This document shows, piece after piece, positions 40,773 through 55,534 of a stretch of DNA of 64,000 bases. Positions within the stretch are counted from its first letter, which is position 1. Each line of letters opens with the position of its first letter. The stretch comes from Octopus sinensis (lineage: Eukaryota): the NCBI RefSeq assembly GCF_006345805.1, contig NC_043001.1, forward strand, positions 12,276,001 to 12,340,000, in the 5' to 3' direction. Both the position numbers and the translations under genes were made by a program. The notes beneath the pieces were generated by a model. That model was not told where the DNA came from. It did no database searches and saw nothing but the letters and a program-made list of their open reading frames with translations.

Positions 40773-41150
40773 TCTTTTACTTGTTTCAGTCATTTGACTG
40801 CGGCCATGCTGGAGCACCGCCTTTAGTCAAGCAAATCTACCCCGAGACTTATTCTTTGTAAGCTTAGTACTTATTCTATCAGTCTCTTTTGCCGAACCAC
40901 TAAGTGAGATGGACATAAACACACCAGCATCGGTTATCAAGCGATGTTGAGGGGACAAATACAGACACACAAACATGTACATATACATATAAACAACGGG
41001 CTTGTTTCAGTTTCCGTCTACCAAATCCAGTCACAAGGCTTTGGTCGGCCCGAGGCGATGGTAGAAACTCTCGCCCCAGGTGCCACGCAGTGGGAATGAA
41101 TCCTGAACCATGCGGTTGGTAAACAAGCTACTAACCACACAGCCACTCCT
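40773..41150 (-). mobile_element. SINE family 1, full copy
   Basis: Reverse complement of 62669-63080. Confidence 0.9.
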
Positions 41151-42327
41151 AAATGTATATGTTAAAACTGTTTTGTGTGTCTTGGCAGGGTCAATACACC
41201 AACAATAAACAACGCACATGTTCTATTCCACCGAACCAGTGCGTCGGATTATTAACAGCATAATGGCTCTCCCAAGCTATATTAACGACCAAAACAAACT
41301 ATAATAAAAAATCACCGGATCAAGATACGCATTACAATGGTTTCCGTGCGAATCAGCTAATGTTCCTCGTGATTTAAACATTTAGGCCCGATCCCTGATT
41401 TATTGATGAAAATCGTATTGCTGGCTTTGTGACTAGATATTTCGGCGGATCAGAAAACATTGGTCTGTCCAAAAATACTTCCTTTCCCCGAATCGATACC
41501 AAAACAAAACATTTCCTATCCTCCCGAATATACCGAAATATATGAACGATTTAAAGAAATATATAAAATCTGCTAAAACGTTCCTTTAAAAGAGAAATAT
41601 ACCGAGGCATGAATAAATGTTTAAGCTGATGGCAATCATTTCAAGACGTTTTCGAGTTCCATTCTTCAATCAACTCTCAGATGTACTCGACTCACACTTT
41701 CACTCAAAATTTCGTAAATTTGAGTATTTATCTTTCGTTCGTTCCGTATTCGATAATTTCTACATCGGGAGGTGTGTGGTCTTTCGAATGAAGAATATTG
41801 TACTCGGCTGCAATTTGCAAATGTAGATTTGTTGGTTCTGACTTTCTGGATAATTTAATGGCGTATCTTAAAATCTCCAGTATTAGATTACAAGGCATCG
41901 AGGGAAGTTATGCAAAAATTATGCTTTCTTTCCACTTCATGTGAACTCTACACGACGTCAATGGCGTTCCTTGCTGTAAAAATTACATGCAACAAACAAA
42001 TAATTCAATTGTTATCAAAATTAATTCATGGCTATCAAATGATTCAAGACAACTCAAAATATACCTTCAAAATTCTTTTACAGACCCTAAGGAGTATGCA
42101 AAGCATCTTGAATTGTGGGCTTCAGTCAGTGAGCAACTTCCGTCGGATACCCTAATAGAAACCAATTTGCTTCCCAATAAATATCTTAAAAAGCATGTGC
42201 GAAAAATAATTTATATATGCCTGGTAGATAAATGCAGCTTGGCTTGAGACATATCTACACATGGCACAAATTATATATAATAAAATAAACGTGAATATAT
42301 AGAAAAAAACTCCCGTTAGTATTTCAA

Positions 42328-43820
42328 CAGCTGTAGAAGTGGCTGTGTGTTAAATAGCTTGCGTACCAACCACATGGTTCCGGTTTCAGTCCCACTGCAT
42401 GCCACCTTGGGCAAGTGTCTTCGACTATAGCCTCCGGCCGACCAAAGCCTTGTGAGTGGCTGTGTGGTAAGTAGCTTGTTAATTATAACAGTAGTACAAA
42501 CATACACAAATACCTATTTCTTTACTACCCACAAGGGGCTAAACACAGAGAGGACAAACAAGGACAGACAAACGGATTAAGTCGACCCCAGTGCGTAACT
42601 GGTACTTAATGTATCGACCCCGAAAGGATGAAACGCAAAGTCGACCTCGGCGGAATTTGAACTCAGAACGTAGCGGTAGACGAAATACGGCTACGTATTT
42701 CGCCCGGCGTGCTAACGTTTCTGCCAGCTCGCCGCCTTTGAGATCACAATATGCTATTTGAGAAAGGAAACTAAAATTTCTCACTGATGATGACATTTAT
42801 GCAATTATGCACAATTGCTAAATATTCCTCTTTAAATTTCCGTTCCGTTGCTTCTCCTTATAAAGCGTCTTCACTTTTTAACAAAAGTACAAACATACAC
42901 AAATATAATTACAGTAATTAATACGTTGATATTCTCTGAGGCCATTTAAATCATTTAATGTATTACTCTTTACTCTATTTTGCTCTTGTACCTGTTTCAG
43001 TCATTTGACTGCGGCCATGCTGGAGCACCGGCTTTAGTCGAGCAAATCGACCCTGGGACTTATTCTTTGTAAGCCTAATAATTATTCTATTGGTCTCTTT
43101 TGCCGCACCGCTAAGGTACGAGGATAACATTAGATATGCTAATAGCAGCTTCCCAAAATATATCAAAAATTTACTACGTTACGACATTTTCGCTAAAACA
43201 ATATAGAATGTTATTCGGGAAAAAAAGACTGTCTAGGAATAAATATAGAGAATGCATTATCTTGTAACATACACAGATATCAACACGAAAATTACTACCG
43301 GAACATTCCCATCAAATCTTAAGTCAAGAGTGAACATCACTGGTAGAAGATTGTTGGTCGGGACAAACAAAAAAAATGTATGTACTGTCAAATATGTCTG
43401 ATGTCCTGCTGATATGTATATATACTCATTTACTCTTTTACTTGTTTCAGTCATTTGACTGTGGCCATGCTGGAACGCCGCCTTCAGTCGAGCAAATCGA
43501 CCCCAGGACTTATTCTTTGTAAGCCTAGTACTTATTCTATCGGTCTTTTTTTGGTGAACCTCTAAGTTACGGAGACGTAAACACACCAGCATCGGTTGTC
43601 AAACGATGTTGGGGTGACAAGCACAGACACACATACATATATATAAATATATATACGACGGGCTTCTTTCAGTTTCCGTCTATCAAAAACCACTCACAAG
43701 GCTTTGGTCGGCCCGAGGCATATGTAGAAGACACTTGCCCAAAGTGCCACGCAGTGGGACTGAACCCGGAACCATATGGTTGGTAAGCAAGCTACTTATC
43801 TCACAGCCACTCCTATGCCT
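42328..43820. mobile_element. SINE cluster: family 1 partial (+, 42328-42480), family 2 (-, 42515-42738), family 1 3' part (-, 42964-43115), family 1 full (-, 43425-43820)
   Basis: Direct sequence matches to the reference copies at 62669 and 34207. Confidence 0.85.
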
Positions 43821-45267
43821 ATATCTTTATAAATAAAAGAGAATGTAGATTATAATGGACAACTGCCTCAAAACCCCAACCTTCTATATCCAGATTACAA
43901 ATTCATATTTCTACCAGTAATAATTGGTTCGCGTTGTTTTGTGAGAATATACTTAAATGATAATCCGGATAAGCCAGGTTTTTCGGAGAAAAATATCAAT
44001 CAACCAATGTTGATTTACTGTAAGTGGAACAGTAAAAATTGTGAAAACTATTCTCAAGTTTAAAAAGTGCCATCGCTTTTGTTATCTACATTCCAGTGGT
44101 AGAGGGTTGTATCTTTGTTACAAACTAGCTCTTTCTTCAGAGATAGAATATGTATAATTAAAAACAGGAAAGTACATATGCACATTCCTACATTCGCACA
44201 TACATGCACATATACATACATACACACACACGTGCATATATGCATACATGCATACGTAATATACACATATGTACATACATAAATTCACGTGCGGTGTAAG
44301 CAGGTGTATTTGTACGTTTAAGCCATTTTCAATATACTTAATGTATTTGCCTTCAGTTATTAATGATTTCTTTATACCGTGGTTCTTAACATACTTAAAC
44401 TCCTACACATATTTTTATAGACCTTCAATATCTGTTTATATATCATAATTAATTATTTTCATTAATTTGCTTATATAAAAAGCCAAGATAAATATAGCGC
44501 CAACAATTACGACATAAGTATAATTAAAATGTTTTCTGCCTCTCCCCTCACACACTTCTTTGTCGTATAATTAAAACATATGTTTACACAGATCGAAATG
44601 AAATAATCTCATTTATTAATCAAATATTTTACCTTTCATAATAGCAGAATAAAATATTGGGTAAATACAATTTATAATATATAGATATACATTTTTCTTA
44701 TAAATTATTATGAGATTAATACTAGATCTAAGCGGTTGCATTACTTTCAACTTTTTATTGCTTCTCGTCAAACGATCCTTTCACTGTTTCATTTTCTTAT
44801 TTATGGTTTGAAAGAAAGTATGCGCGAAGATCATAATTTATCACACCCTTTAGACTTACTGTGTATAACTGATAACATGTTCCTGTTGTCTGCATTCTGA
44901 CGGCATAAATTGGTGCGTGCTTTTATGAATATAATGTGTTTTAAGTTGATTATATTTAACTGCAAATTCCTACTTCCATGGAAATTTTTAAAATATGGTT
45001 TGCTTCTCTTCGATCTTCTTAAAATTTACGAAGCGCTGGTTGCAGTTTCTATTTTGATGAGTCCGTTATATCTTCGTATGACTGACAGTATGCGTATTTG
45101 TGTAACCATTTCATACTACTCTTTTCTACTTTTGAGTTAGTGTTGTTCTTTTGTGATGAAATATTGGGTCATTCTTCCTGTAACTTTATGCAGAATGTTT
45201 TATATATTGCTCGTCCTAAATATTTTTGTAACAAATCATCATTTATTTGTTTGCTGTATTGTTTGTT

Positions 45268-45656
45268 ATTTTTTAGTGCTCACAAGGGTCTAAATATAGA
45301 GGAGATAAACAAGGAAAAACAAACGGGTTAAGTCGAGAACTTATTTAATCGACTCCGAAAGGATGAAAGGCAAAGTCGAGCTCGGCGGAATTTGAACTCA
45401 GAACGAAGCGGTAGACGAAATACCTACTTCTTTACTACTCACAAAGGGCTAAACACAGAGAGGACAAACAAGGACGGACGAACGGGTTAAGTCGATTACA
45501 TCGACCCCAGTACGTAACTGGTACTTATTTAATCGACCCCGAATGGATGAAAAGCAAAGTCGACCTCGGCGGAATTTGAACGCACAACGTAACGGCAGAC
45601 GAAATACGGCTACGCATTTAGCCCGGTGTGCTAACGTTTCTGCCAGCTCACCGCCC
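45268..45656 (-). mobile_element. SINE family 2, dimeric
   Basis: Two reverse-complement units ending gtttctgccagctcaccgccct. Confidence 0.88.
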
Positions 45657-46429
45657 TGTTTGCTATATCGTTTCTGCTTACTTGAGTGTGAGCCTTTACA
45701 GTAGAACGATGATCCATATTATCCTTCACTGGTAAAAGTACATTTTTAGTAGTTACCAACGGATTGTTTTTAATTAAGATATCGATACCTCCTGTGTATT
45801 GAAGCTAGATCAACTGTTAAAATCTCAGACAACTGAGACACGCTGGTTATAAGAATTTTCCTTTCACAAAATGCAAAATAAAGATACTACGCAGCTTGCA
45901 GCTTTATACTCCACGACCCGTTATTCCCATTTTAACTTTCAGAATTTTATCTTGAATTTAAAGACAAAGATTCAAAAATATAAACCATAGCGAAAACACA
46001 AACATTAGAATCTTCACAATTTCTCAGTTGGTGTCACATATTTTACCTCTCTACAACTGATGTTTCAGTGATCCTACGAAAGAACTTAGATGAAAAATAA
46101 ATCATATATATAAGATAATCCATATTGTATTAATTTTACGCCACTCCTTGCAATATCAATATGCTCTCTATATATCTATATCAGCCACACTTACATGTAG
46201 GTTACTTCTTGGCATGCTTCGTGGAAGTAATATCATTATTAATAACATCCAAATGCCCAAATATGTTTGGCGTGAGATTATTCTTGGAAACATCCTCATC
46301 AAAAACATTTCCTGTAAAGTCTCTTTCACAGTTCGGATGTCAGCAAAAAGCAGAGAAAAACCTTTAGAATCAGAAATGTAACATATACCATACGGATTCA
46401 TTTTCACTAAGAAGGCTGTTTATATAAGT

Positions 46430-46966
46430 TATGAACATAATTTTCTAAATTATCTTATTTTTAACTTGCATATGAACTTTACGTTGCCCGTTGGTCACAG
46501 GTGTCTTGCGAACAACTTGCACATGCAAGTGCTACCAATCAAAACTTCCGCATAGCTGAAGCCAGCAAGTGTATGGGGCCACCCGGAGAGAATGCGCGCT
46601 GTTTCGGGGCCTACCTCTCGACGGCATCAATGTGCACCGGCCCCCCCACACTGATATGAGGCCCCGCTTACTAGATCAGTTGGTTAGCAAATAAAGCTCA
46701 ATATACTTCTAGCCATCACTCATCATCTCTTAACCAAATTCAGTGGCTAACCTTCTCCACTGTAGATTGGATATCAGTCATGGTGGTATTGACTTTACGA
46801 TGAGTTAGGCCTAACGATAACAACAGTCGTCTCACACTGTCCAACAAACCCTCTACATCCGACTTCGATTGGAAAATGTTCTGCTTTTCAGCCTGCGTCT
46901 TGACTTTCCTTGAGGAGGTTTACATAAAGGGGAATCTTTCGAGCCCTAGCGGCGTCCATGTTATCC
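46430..46966 (-). mobile_element. 3' end of a HERO-like (R2 superfamily) non-LTR retrotransposon
   Basis: Minus translation DNMDAARARKIPLYVNLLKESQDAG*KAEHFPIEVGCRGFVGQ..VRRLLLSLGL..STVEKVSH*IWLRDD; the FPIEVGCRG motif is at 46849-46875 and a GC-rich 3'UTR follows. Confidence 0.7.
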
Positions 46967-47847
46967 GTTAAATCGACTAGATTTGCAACTTTCCTTCTTT
47001 CACACCACAACAAAATGTCTGGTTTAGTCATGTTAGTTCAAGCAATAATATTTAATTGTAAATATCTAAATGATATTAACTGCATTTGTAAAACAGTTAC
47101 TGAAAAAAAAAAAGCATTCTGTTCTGAATTCTCTGGAAATATGATTTAACGTTTAGTTAATAGAAATCATGTACAGAGAGTCATTCTGCAAATCTATAAT
47201 TTGCTACTCCAACAATAAATTATGATCATTCAAATAATTGTACCTACTTTTTGAATAATGGTTGTAAACAACTGAAATTTCTCTAGGGATACAGCTTAAC
47301 ATGAACTATGACCCAAAGAGACCAGATATGATTGTAAGTTCCAGAATACAGATTACCAGCGGATTCATTGTTTATTGTCATTGTAGAACCATATTTTTTC
47401 TTATGAAGGTTAACATTCTTTACATCTTACTTGTTACTTCTTTACATGTATCAGTCATGCACTCCATAATTCTTCACTTATTTTTACGCCAATCAGCATA
47501 TCATAAGATATTCCTATACTACCTTCATCATTTCTAGAGTTTCATCATCAATTTTCGGAGAGAACATTAAAATTTCTTCTGGACCCGCTGTTCTCGTGTT
47601 GATTGTGAGATATGATACATGTACCTTATTCTAGACAGTGAATAACTCAACAGTATCAGCACTTTTTGTTTGTTGGAATCACATCCGTTTCGTTGTTGAA
47701 TAGGTTTCTTTTCTTCATCCAATCTTTAAGTAAATGGTAATTATAATGAGGATAACAGAGATTTATTTAGGCGGTTCTTAGATCAAGTTAACGTAAAACT
47801 TGGACGATATAATTAGAGCGAGAAATTGGATGGGAATAGTGTATATC

Positions 47848-48077
47848 TGTTTCTTTACTACCCACAAGGGGCTAAACATAGAGGGGACAAACAAGGACAG
47901 ACATAGGTATTAAGTCGATTACATCGACCCCAGTGCGTAACTCGTACTTAATTTATCGATCCCGAAAGGATGAAAGGCAAAGTCGACCTCGGCGGAATTT
48001 GAACTCAGAACGTAACGGCAGACGAAATACGGCTACGCATTTCGTCCGGCATGCTAACGGTTCTGCCAGCTCGCCGC
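47848..48077 (-). mobile_element. SINE family 2, monomer
   Basis: tttctttactacccacaagggg...ttctgccagctcgccg. Confidence 0.9.
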
Positions 48078-48448
48078 TAGTGTATATCGATAGATCCATG
48101 ACAAGAACAGGAAGTTTAAAGCTACTATATATCGTCCGTCCATTTAACATATGTATTACTATTCCTGTTTTCAAAGGTGATAAATGTACTTAATGCTTTT
48201 GTTTTTTTTTTTTCTCAAATAGTCAGTTGAAATAAAATAAATTTATCAGTTGGGTTATTTTTGTTTTGGGATACAGTACATTCAAATATGTCACGACGTC
48301 TAAAATTCAAGTTGCCGCCTTCATCCGGTTTGATAAATTTTTGTAAGATAATGAAATCATGTAAAACTATTCCAGTATCGGGTAGTATTAATACCGAAAA
48401 CTTTTCGTTATACCTTAATAATGTATTTTCTACATCATTCAAACTTAC

Positions 48449-48534
48449 CTTGTTTGATTTTTCACATGGATTTTCATCGTAATTGACATCTTTCATTACC
48501 TCCTCAAACTTGTGAGAACGCTGTGATAGTAGCT
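48449..48534 (-). other. Candidate 86-nt coding exon of an unidentified gene
   Basis: ttccag acceptor and AAG|GTAAGT donor; only one frame is open (phase 1 to phase 0): ELLSQRSHKFEEVMKDVNYDENPCEKSNK. No homology recognised. Confidence 0.3.
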
Positions 48535-50219
48535 CTGGAATTTTTATAGAATATCTTCATGTCAGAGAAATCTCCATGAGAAATAAGGTTATTCATGGAA
48601 GCATCGGCTATATCTCAATGATAATTTACGTTCTTTAACGTCTTTAAAGTTGCAGACACCCGAATCCGGTTGCTGTTTTTATATTCAGTCGTAATATTTT
48701 AAAATAGAAATGTATTCCAAAATATTTAGTTTGGAATGTGATTAAATATTCTCGGAATAGTTTTACCGGAAGCATAAGTCATTCGTTTCCACAGAGTTTT
48801 TTTTTTATCTTTTGAAGTATTTTGTTCTTGTCAAAAGCACAATGATAGGAAATAGAAGAGAGATTAGATAGTGCAAAAGCAAGGATGTTGAAACAAGAAG
48901 GACACCGTTAGGTGTATGTTTTCCTTTTTATGACGAAGCTGGTTTTTATATTTCTTTCCCATTTCCATCAATGAAGAACCCAAATAAATGAATGTGATTT
49001 GTCATAAATTTTACCGTCTAACTCAGCTCCCATTTAATGAGTTGTAATGTGCTTAGGATTAAATTACTGCGCTGTTTCATTTTCAAAAATTGATGCATTG
49101 TTTAGCCATGTCTGTACCTCATCGGTCTTGCATTTGTAGAGGAGAAGAAAAACAATATTTTCAAAGGTTGTATTTAATCTGAAACTGTTATTAAAATAGC
49201 TTCAAGGGAGACATGGGTTGAAAGGGAAAAATATTTCTGTGCAAATTTTAGCAACTTCTAAAAGTTTAAAAATATTGGCGTTAAGAAGCGCGCAAAAATA
49301 GATCAAAGAGATTTCATATTCGTGAACACATTCGTATCCTCGCTAATATATAAGATCAAAGGAAGTTTGTTTTCTTGTTTTCGGCAGTTTGGGTTGATAG
49401 ATTAAGTGAAAACGAACCGTTCTTTTATATCCTAAACAGGCGCCTCAGACGAGTAAAAGAATGTGTAAGCGCTACTGTTTCTAGAAATTGGAAGAGAGAT
49501 TGCAATATGAATAATAGATACCGAGAACTTTAGGTCAGACTTGAACTTCCATTATTAGCTGTGACCATTGGCTACAGGTGAATATAGCGTTTATTTTTAC
49601 GTTTGTGAAAATGAGAGAAAGGTGGGAAGAAAGAGGGAGAGAGAAAAGAGAGAAAGAGAGAGAGAGAATCATAAAAGAGACAATGATTGAAAGAAATATA
49701 AACGGTACCTTATGGAAGCCATGATGTGTTACGTAAACTTCAAGCATTAATCTATTTTGCAGCTAATTTTATTGCAAAGTCCCCAAGTGGTCTTGTCGCT
49801 GTCAGTACGCATTGAGGTGACATTCTGGTTCACAAATGTGTTGACGTTTAAAGATTTGACATGGTAAGGAGTAGCTGAGGTTGTTGGGTTTGGAGCATCA
49901 ACAAAAAAATAATAATTAAATAAAATAACAAAGTAAGCAAGAATGGACATGGCTGGATGTGGAATTTTAAGTCTGGCTTTCACTGTAGCAAGTAAAATAA
50001 ACGCGGATTTTGAGACTCTGGAGTGAGAGCATTTGCAATTTCAAGGTCGGCAATAACGAGAAAACCGCAATGACCTACAGCACATTTGTTATCTCATATT
50101 TAAAAAGAAATAAAAAAAGTAAGGGACCGGTTGATCCAGAAATCTCCGATGGCTGATCCCATACGGGAAACAAATTCGATAATTCGATTTTATTGCCGCA
50201 ATCACTTTATTTATTTATA

Positions 50220-50522
50220 AGTGGAGGCACATGGCCTAGTGCTTAGAGCAGCGGACTCGCGTTCGAGGGATCGCGGGTTCGAATCTCAGACCGGGTGATG
50301 TGTGTGTTTATGAGCGAAACACCTAAGATCCACGCGGTTCCGGCAGAAGGTAATGGCGAACTTCTGCTGACTCTTTCGCCACAACTTTCTCTCACTCTTT
50401 CCTCCTGCATCTTGCAGCTCACCTGCGATGGACCGGCGTCCCGTTCAGGTGGGGAATGTATACGCCAAGGAAGTCGGCAAACCGGCCCTAATGAGCCAGG
50501 CATGGCTCGAGAAGGAACAAGC
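50220..50522 (+). mobile_element. SINE family 3 (subfamily b)
   Basis: gtggaggcacatggcctagtgcttagagcagcggactcgcg...gggttcgaatctcagaccgg (A and B boxes). Confidence 0.88.
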
Positions 50523-51734
50523 ATTTATTTATAAGCAGAAACTTATAACATGTTTACACAACTACTTTGTAAATGGATATGAGTAAACGTAAATACGATG
50601 GCCATATGCTTAAACAAAAGTGTGCAAACACCCACCTACGCTCTGGGTATTTTAGCGATCATCCTACAAGAGTCCCCCAAACATGTCATTTCTTATGATA
50701 ATTGTAAACAACAACATTAGTTTTTAGTTTGTGAATTTCTTCCTTCTCTGTGGATATTAGGGTTGGTTTCTTCCAATTTTCCTCTCGTATGTTTAAACTG
50801 ACAATTGTTGATCTGAACATTAGGTGCCACAGACAATATGCGTCAATCTAATTTAAACAAATATGGAACTGAAACTTTATAAATTTCCAGAACAGAGACG
50901 CTCTAGTAGATATCTCTATTGTGAGTTGCTTTAAAAGAACCTATTTTGTCCCGCATTGCATTGATAATGTTCATAAAAATATACATGAAGCCTAAGACAT
51001 TCATTCTAATTGCTCAATTATTATTTAATTGTCTGGAATCTATATCACAGATCACACCTATAATGTTTATCTACAGATATGATCGATATTCAAGTTAAAT
51101 ATCGTATGTCGATATACCCTGCGTCACTGGACATGTTACGCTTAAACAAGGTAATTTACTATTTTCTGTATGCATATGGAGTCTCCCTTGTTTAATTACA
51201 CTTCATCTTTCATAAACTTCTGTGTTATCTATAGCACTTCACTAAGCGAAACTATACTCAGCCTCTCACCATCTAAAAAGCACATTGGAGGAGAGAGGGC
51301 ATTTTTCATACCCATCCAAGCGTACAATCATCATTGTAAGGCTACAGCGACCACTGGAAAGAACTTTGCAATGACTAAAGACTAAAATAAGAAAAATCAA
51401 AATATATCTTTTCATTTTAAGTTTATTTGAATCTTAAACCACTAATACATAGATTGAGGCCTTGATAGCAAAATATAACGGCTCTATTTTCGATTATTCC
51501 TTCATATGTCTAACGATATTGAAGCAGAAACTGGGTGGTCGTGCTTTAAAGTATAGATTACAAACTTAGGCACACAACAAGCAATATCGTGCGAGGGATT
51601 GTGAAAATTATATCGATTCCAGAGTTCCATTGGTACCTATTACATCGAATTCCGAAGTCAACACTGGTGGCATTTGGACTCAGAATATTAAGTCGGAATA
51701 AATGCCTGAAAGCATTGCTTTGGTGCGGTAACGA

Positions 51735-52313
51735 TTTTTTATACTCTAGGCACAAGGCCCGGAATTTTGACGGAGGGTACAAGTAGATTAGATTGACCCC
51801 GGAACGCAACGGGTACTTAATTTATCGATCTCGAAAGGAGGTAAAGCAAAGTCGAACACGGCGGAATTTGAAGTCAGAGCTTACAGACATACGAAATACC
51901 TATTTCTTTGCTACCCACAAGGGGCTAAACACAGAGAGGACAAACAATGACAGACAAACGGATTAATTCAATTACATCAGCCCCAGTGCGTAACTGGTAC
52001 TTATTTAATCGACCCCGAAAGGATGAAAGGCAAAGTCAACCTCGGCGAAATTTGAACTCAGGACGTGTAACGGCAGACGAAATACCTATTTCTTTACTAC
52101 CCAAAAGGGGCTAAACAGAGAGAGGACAAACAAGGACAGACAAACGGATTAAGTCAATTACATCGGCCCCAGTGCGTAACTGGTACTTAATTTCTCGACC
52201 CCGAAAGGATGAAAGTCAAAGTCGAACTCGGCGGAATTTGAACGCAGTACGTACGGCAGACGAAATATGGCTACGCATTTCGCCCGGCGTGCTATCGTTT
52301 CTGCCAGCTCGCT
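51735..52313 (-). mobile_element. SINE family 2, trimeric array
   Basis: Reverse-complement units joined at gaaatacctatttcttt (about 51893 and 52080); head ends tttctgccagctcgc. Confidence 0.88.
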
Positions 52314-52744
52314 GTTAGATTTCAAGATAGAAACAGTAATTAAACCTCAGTGTAATCAAAACTTTACTTTGTCTAAATGCGTGTGAGAATGTTGCCTTTG
52401 ATACAGATTTACAGCGTTGATGTCAGATGAAATAGGAGTATCGCCAACAACAGTCGTTCACTGTGATCTCACACATTCAGTTTATAACGAGGATTGATGT
52501 CCTTTTATTTCAAGCACACAAATCAGAAAGCATGCTTACATAAGCAATTGTAGTGCGAATTGAAAATATAATAAATTTTAAACATTCCTTCATTTCTATA
52601 GAATCATGCAAACGAATCTACACTCTGTGGTACAATACGATTACTTTAAATGTAAAACCATCTCATCTGGTTAACAAAACATACGCTATCAAGTTAAATG
52701 AATTTCATTTCTGACTTATAATATTGCCTAAATATTTTTTGATT

Positions 52745-53127
52745 GTGGGGGCGAAATGGCACAGTGGTTAGGGCAGCGGACTCGCGGTCGTAGGATCGCA
52801 GTTTCGATTACCCGACCGAGCGTTATGAGTGTTTATTGCGTGAAAACACCTAAGGCACCACGAGGTTCCGGCAGGGGATGGTGGCGAACACTGCTTTACT
52901 CTTTCACCACAAAATTTCTCCAACTCTTTCTTCCTGTTTCTGCTGTGCCTTTATTTCAAAGGGCCACCCTTGTCACACTCTGTGTCACGCTGAATCTCCT
53001 CGAGAACTACGTTAACGGTAGACGTTTCTGTGGAGTGCTCAGCCACTTGCACGCTAATTTCATTGGCAGGCTGTTCCGTTGATCGGATCAAGTGGAACCC
53101 TTGTCGTGATAACCGACGGAGTGCCAC
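52745..53127 (+). mobile_element. SINE family 3, full copy
   Basis: tRNA-like head gaaatggcacagtggttagggcagcggactcgcggtcgtaggatcgcagtttcgattacc; ends gacggagtgcca before (TATG)n. Confidence 0.9.
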
Positions 53128-53270
53128 TAAGTATGTATGTATGTATGTATGTATTTATGTATGTATGTATGTATGTATGTATGTATGTATGTATGTATGT
53201 ATGTATTTATGTATGTATGTATGTGTTTGTATATATGTATGTATGTATGTATGTATGCATGCATGCATGC

Positions 53271-53935
53271 TCAATTTGGGGGCTGCCGTCAACGTATGTA
53301 TGATCAGTGGAGAGAAACGGGATTGTTTCAACTCACAGAACAGAGACTATGTGATCAAGCTAGAGCAATAAGAAAAAAATATTGTTTCAAAGAAGTAGAG
53401 CTCGAAGCTATCAAAAGACGGGTCATGGACAATAGCAGTATAGACAAGATTAATCTCATAGTACAGGAAAGGAGCAGTGGTAGATTACTTGATGAGAGAC
53501 ATATAGATGATCTAAAAGAAGACGATAAAACTAATAGTGACGTGACAGATGAACAAAAAGCAATCTACGACAGAATAAAGTTAAGACTACTGAAGAACGA
53601 TAGCGTCATTATTTGCAACCTTAAAAAGGTTGACCGATGGATGTTGAACCAAGAAACGAAAAATGTCAATGGAATTCTGAAATACATCAGAATAAACAAC
53701 ATCAAGAAAAAACAAATAATTTGATCAACGCAGTAAGTATTGTTGTAGTAGAAAATGTGGGTGTCGATGTCAAGAAAAAGAAACATAATGGGAGTGACAA
53801 AATAAAAGATCCATGGTGGTGGAAATGAAGAATCCGAGCAGGTTTAGACATGCTCTCGAAGGAAATCTCTATGTTAGATGGAAAAGAGGAAGTGGAGCTT
53901 CAAAGTGAAGAGAAAAAACAGGGCGCTGTGCAAAA
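53271..53935 (+). mobile_element. N-terminal ORF fragment of an R4-like non-LTR retrotransposon
   Basis: GCRQRMYDQWRETGLFQLTEQRLCDQARAIRK..ELEAIKR and TNNLINAVSIVVVENVG..KKK..PWW match the N-terminal layout of R4-clade ORFs; frameshifted. Confidence 0.7.
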
Positions 53936-53939
53936 GAAA

Positions 53940-54042
53940 CAACAACAACGACAACACTAACAATAACAACAGCACAACAACAAAATGATGATGATAATAA
54001 TAATAATAATAATAATAATATAATAATAATAATAATAATAAT

Positions 54043-54082
<40 letters not shown>

Positions 54083-54144
54083 TAATAATAATTATAATAA
54101 TTATAATATAATAATAATAATAATAATATAATAATAATAATAAT

Positions 54145-54198
<54 letters not shown>

Positions 54199-54219
54199 TA
54201 TAATAATAATAAAATAATA

Positions 54220-54261
<42 letters not shown>

Positions 54262-54314
54262 TATAATAATAATAATAATAAATAATAATAATAATTAATA
54301 ATAATATAATAATA

Positions 54315-54354
<40 letters not shown>

Positions 54355-54364
54355 TATTATAATA

Positions 54365-54401
<37 letters not shown>

Positions 54402-54508
54402 TTATAATAATAATAATAATAATAATATAATAATAATAATAATAATTATAATAAATAATAATAATAATAATATAATAATAATATAATAATATATAATAAT
54501 AATAAAAT

Positions 54509-54545
<37 letters not shown>

Positions 54546-54623
54546 TATAATAATAATATAATAATTATAATAATAAATAATAATATAATAATAATAATTA
54601 ATAATAATAATAATAAATAATAT

Positions 54624-54658
<35 letters not shown>

Positions 54659-54667
54659 TAATAATAA
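53940..54667. repeat. Long degenerate (AAC)n/(AAT)n microsatellite
   Basis: About 700 bp of triplet repeat with frequent ATAT and AAAT slips. Confidence 0.95.
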
Positions 54668-55240
54668 GATGCAGTACCAGGCAGTGGCTTGCCCTGATGC
54701 AGTACCAGGCAGTGGCTCTCATGGCTTCTGATCTTAACTGATTGGAAGTGTTATCATGTACTTTGTTTTGTCTGGTATAAAAGATGGGCTACAGCAAATA
54801 TTCTGCTCAATACCACAGATTTGCTTGTCAGTTGTTTGACCTTAACCAGTTGAACATGTCCCTTAGTGGCTGACGATATGTTGCATCTCTGATCACGAGC
54901 AGAAGTAGTGGGGGAGCATCATAGCCATGTGTTGAAGGATTCTTTGGGGTTTGAATAATTCACCTCTGGAAACATGGGTGTTTGGTTCAACGTCCTTAAA
55001 CAACCCTTATTCAGGGACCTTTTGAGCGGGATGGGTTACTCGATCTGAAGAAATTCTAACTGGGCTCCCACCTGCAAGGTCATGTGCTGTTTATCTTGAT
55101 ATGAATCACCATGTCGCGCACATATGGTTGTGATGCATGTGCCTGGTGTACCCTTATCAGACGGGTAGTCATGATGGGTATACTGGGCTTCGTATATTTT
55201 ACCCCAGTGTCACTTTGATGGCATGCTTGCTCGCTCACTC
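54668..55240 (+). mobile_element. Non-coding retro-insertion in (AAT)n; shorter copy at 57550-57891
   Basis: Both copies end at ..ctcactc followed by (AAT)n and differ in 5' length; 22-bp direct repeat at the 5' end (54668 and 54696). Confidence 0.7.
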
Positions 55241-55265
55241 AATAATAATAATTATAATAATAATA

Positions 55266-55299
<34 letters not shown>

Positions 55300-55399
55300 T
55301 AATAATAATTATAATAATAATATAATATAATAATAATAATATAATAATAATAATAACAATAATAATAATAATAATAATTATAATAATAATAATAATAAC

Positions 55400-55444
<45 letters not shown>

Positions 55445-55481
55445 TAATAATAATAATAATAATAAAATTATAATAATAATA

Positions 55482-55534
<53 letters not shown>

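Noticed and set aside
41987-49863. Plus-strand exon-like segments at 42083-42127 and 49763-49863, also about 30875 and 3987-4061
   Set aside because: Splice-like sites are present, but there is no coherent multi-exon frame or recognisable homology, and such pseudo-exons are expected by chance.
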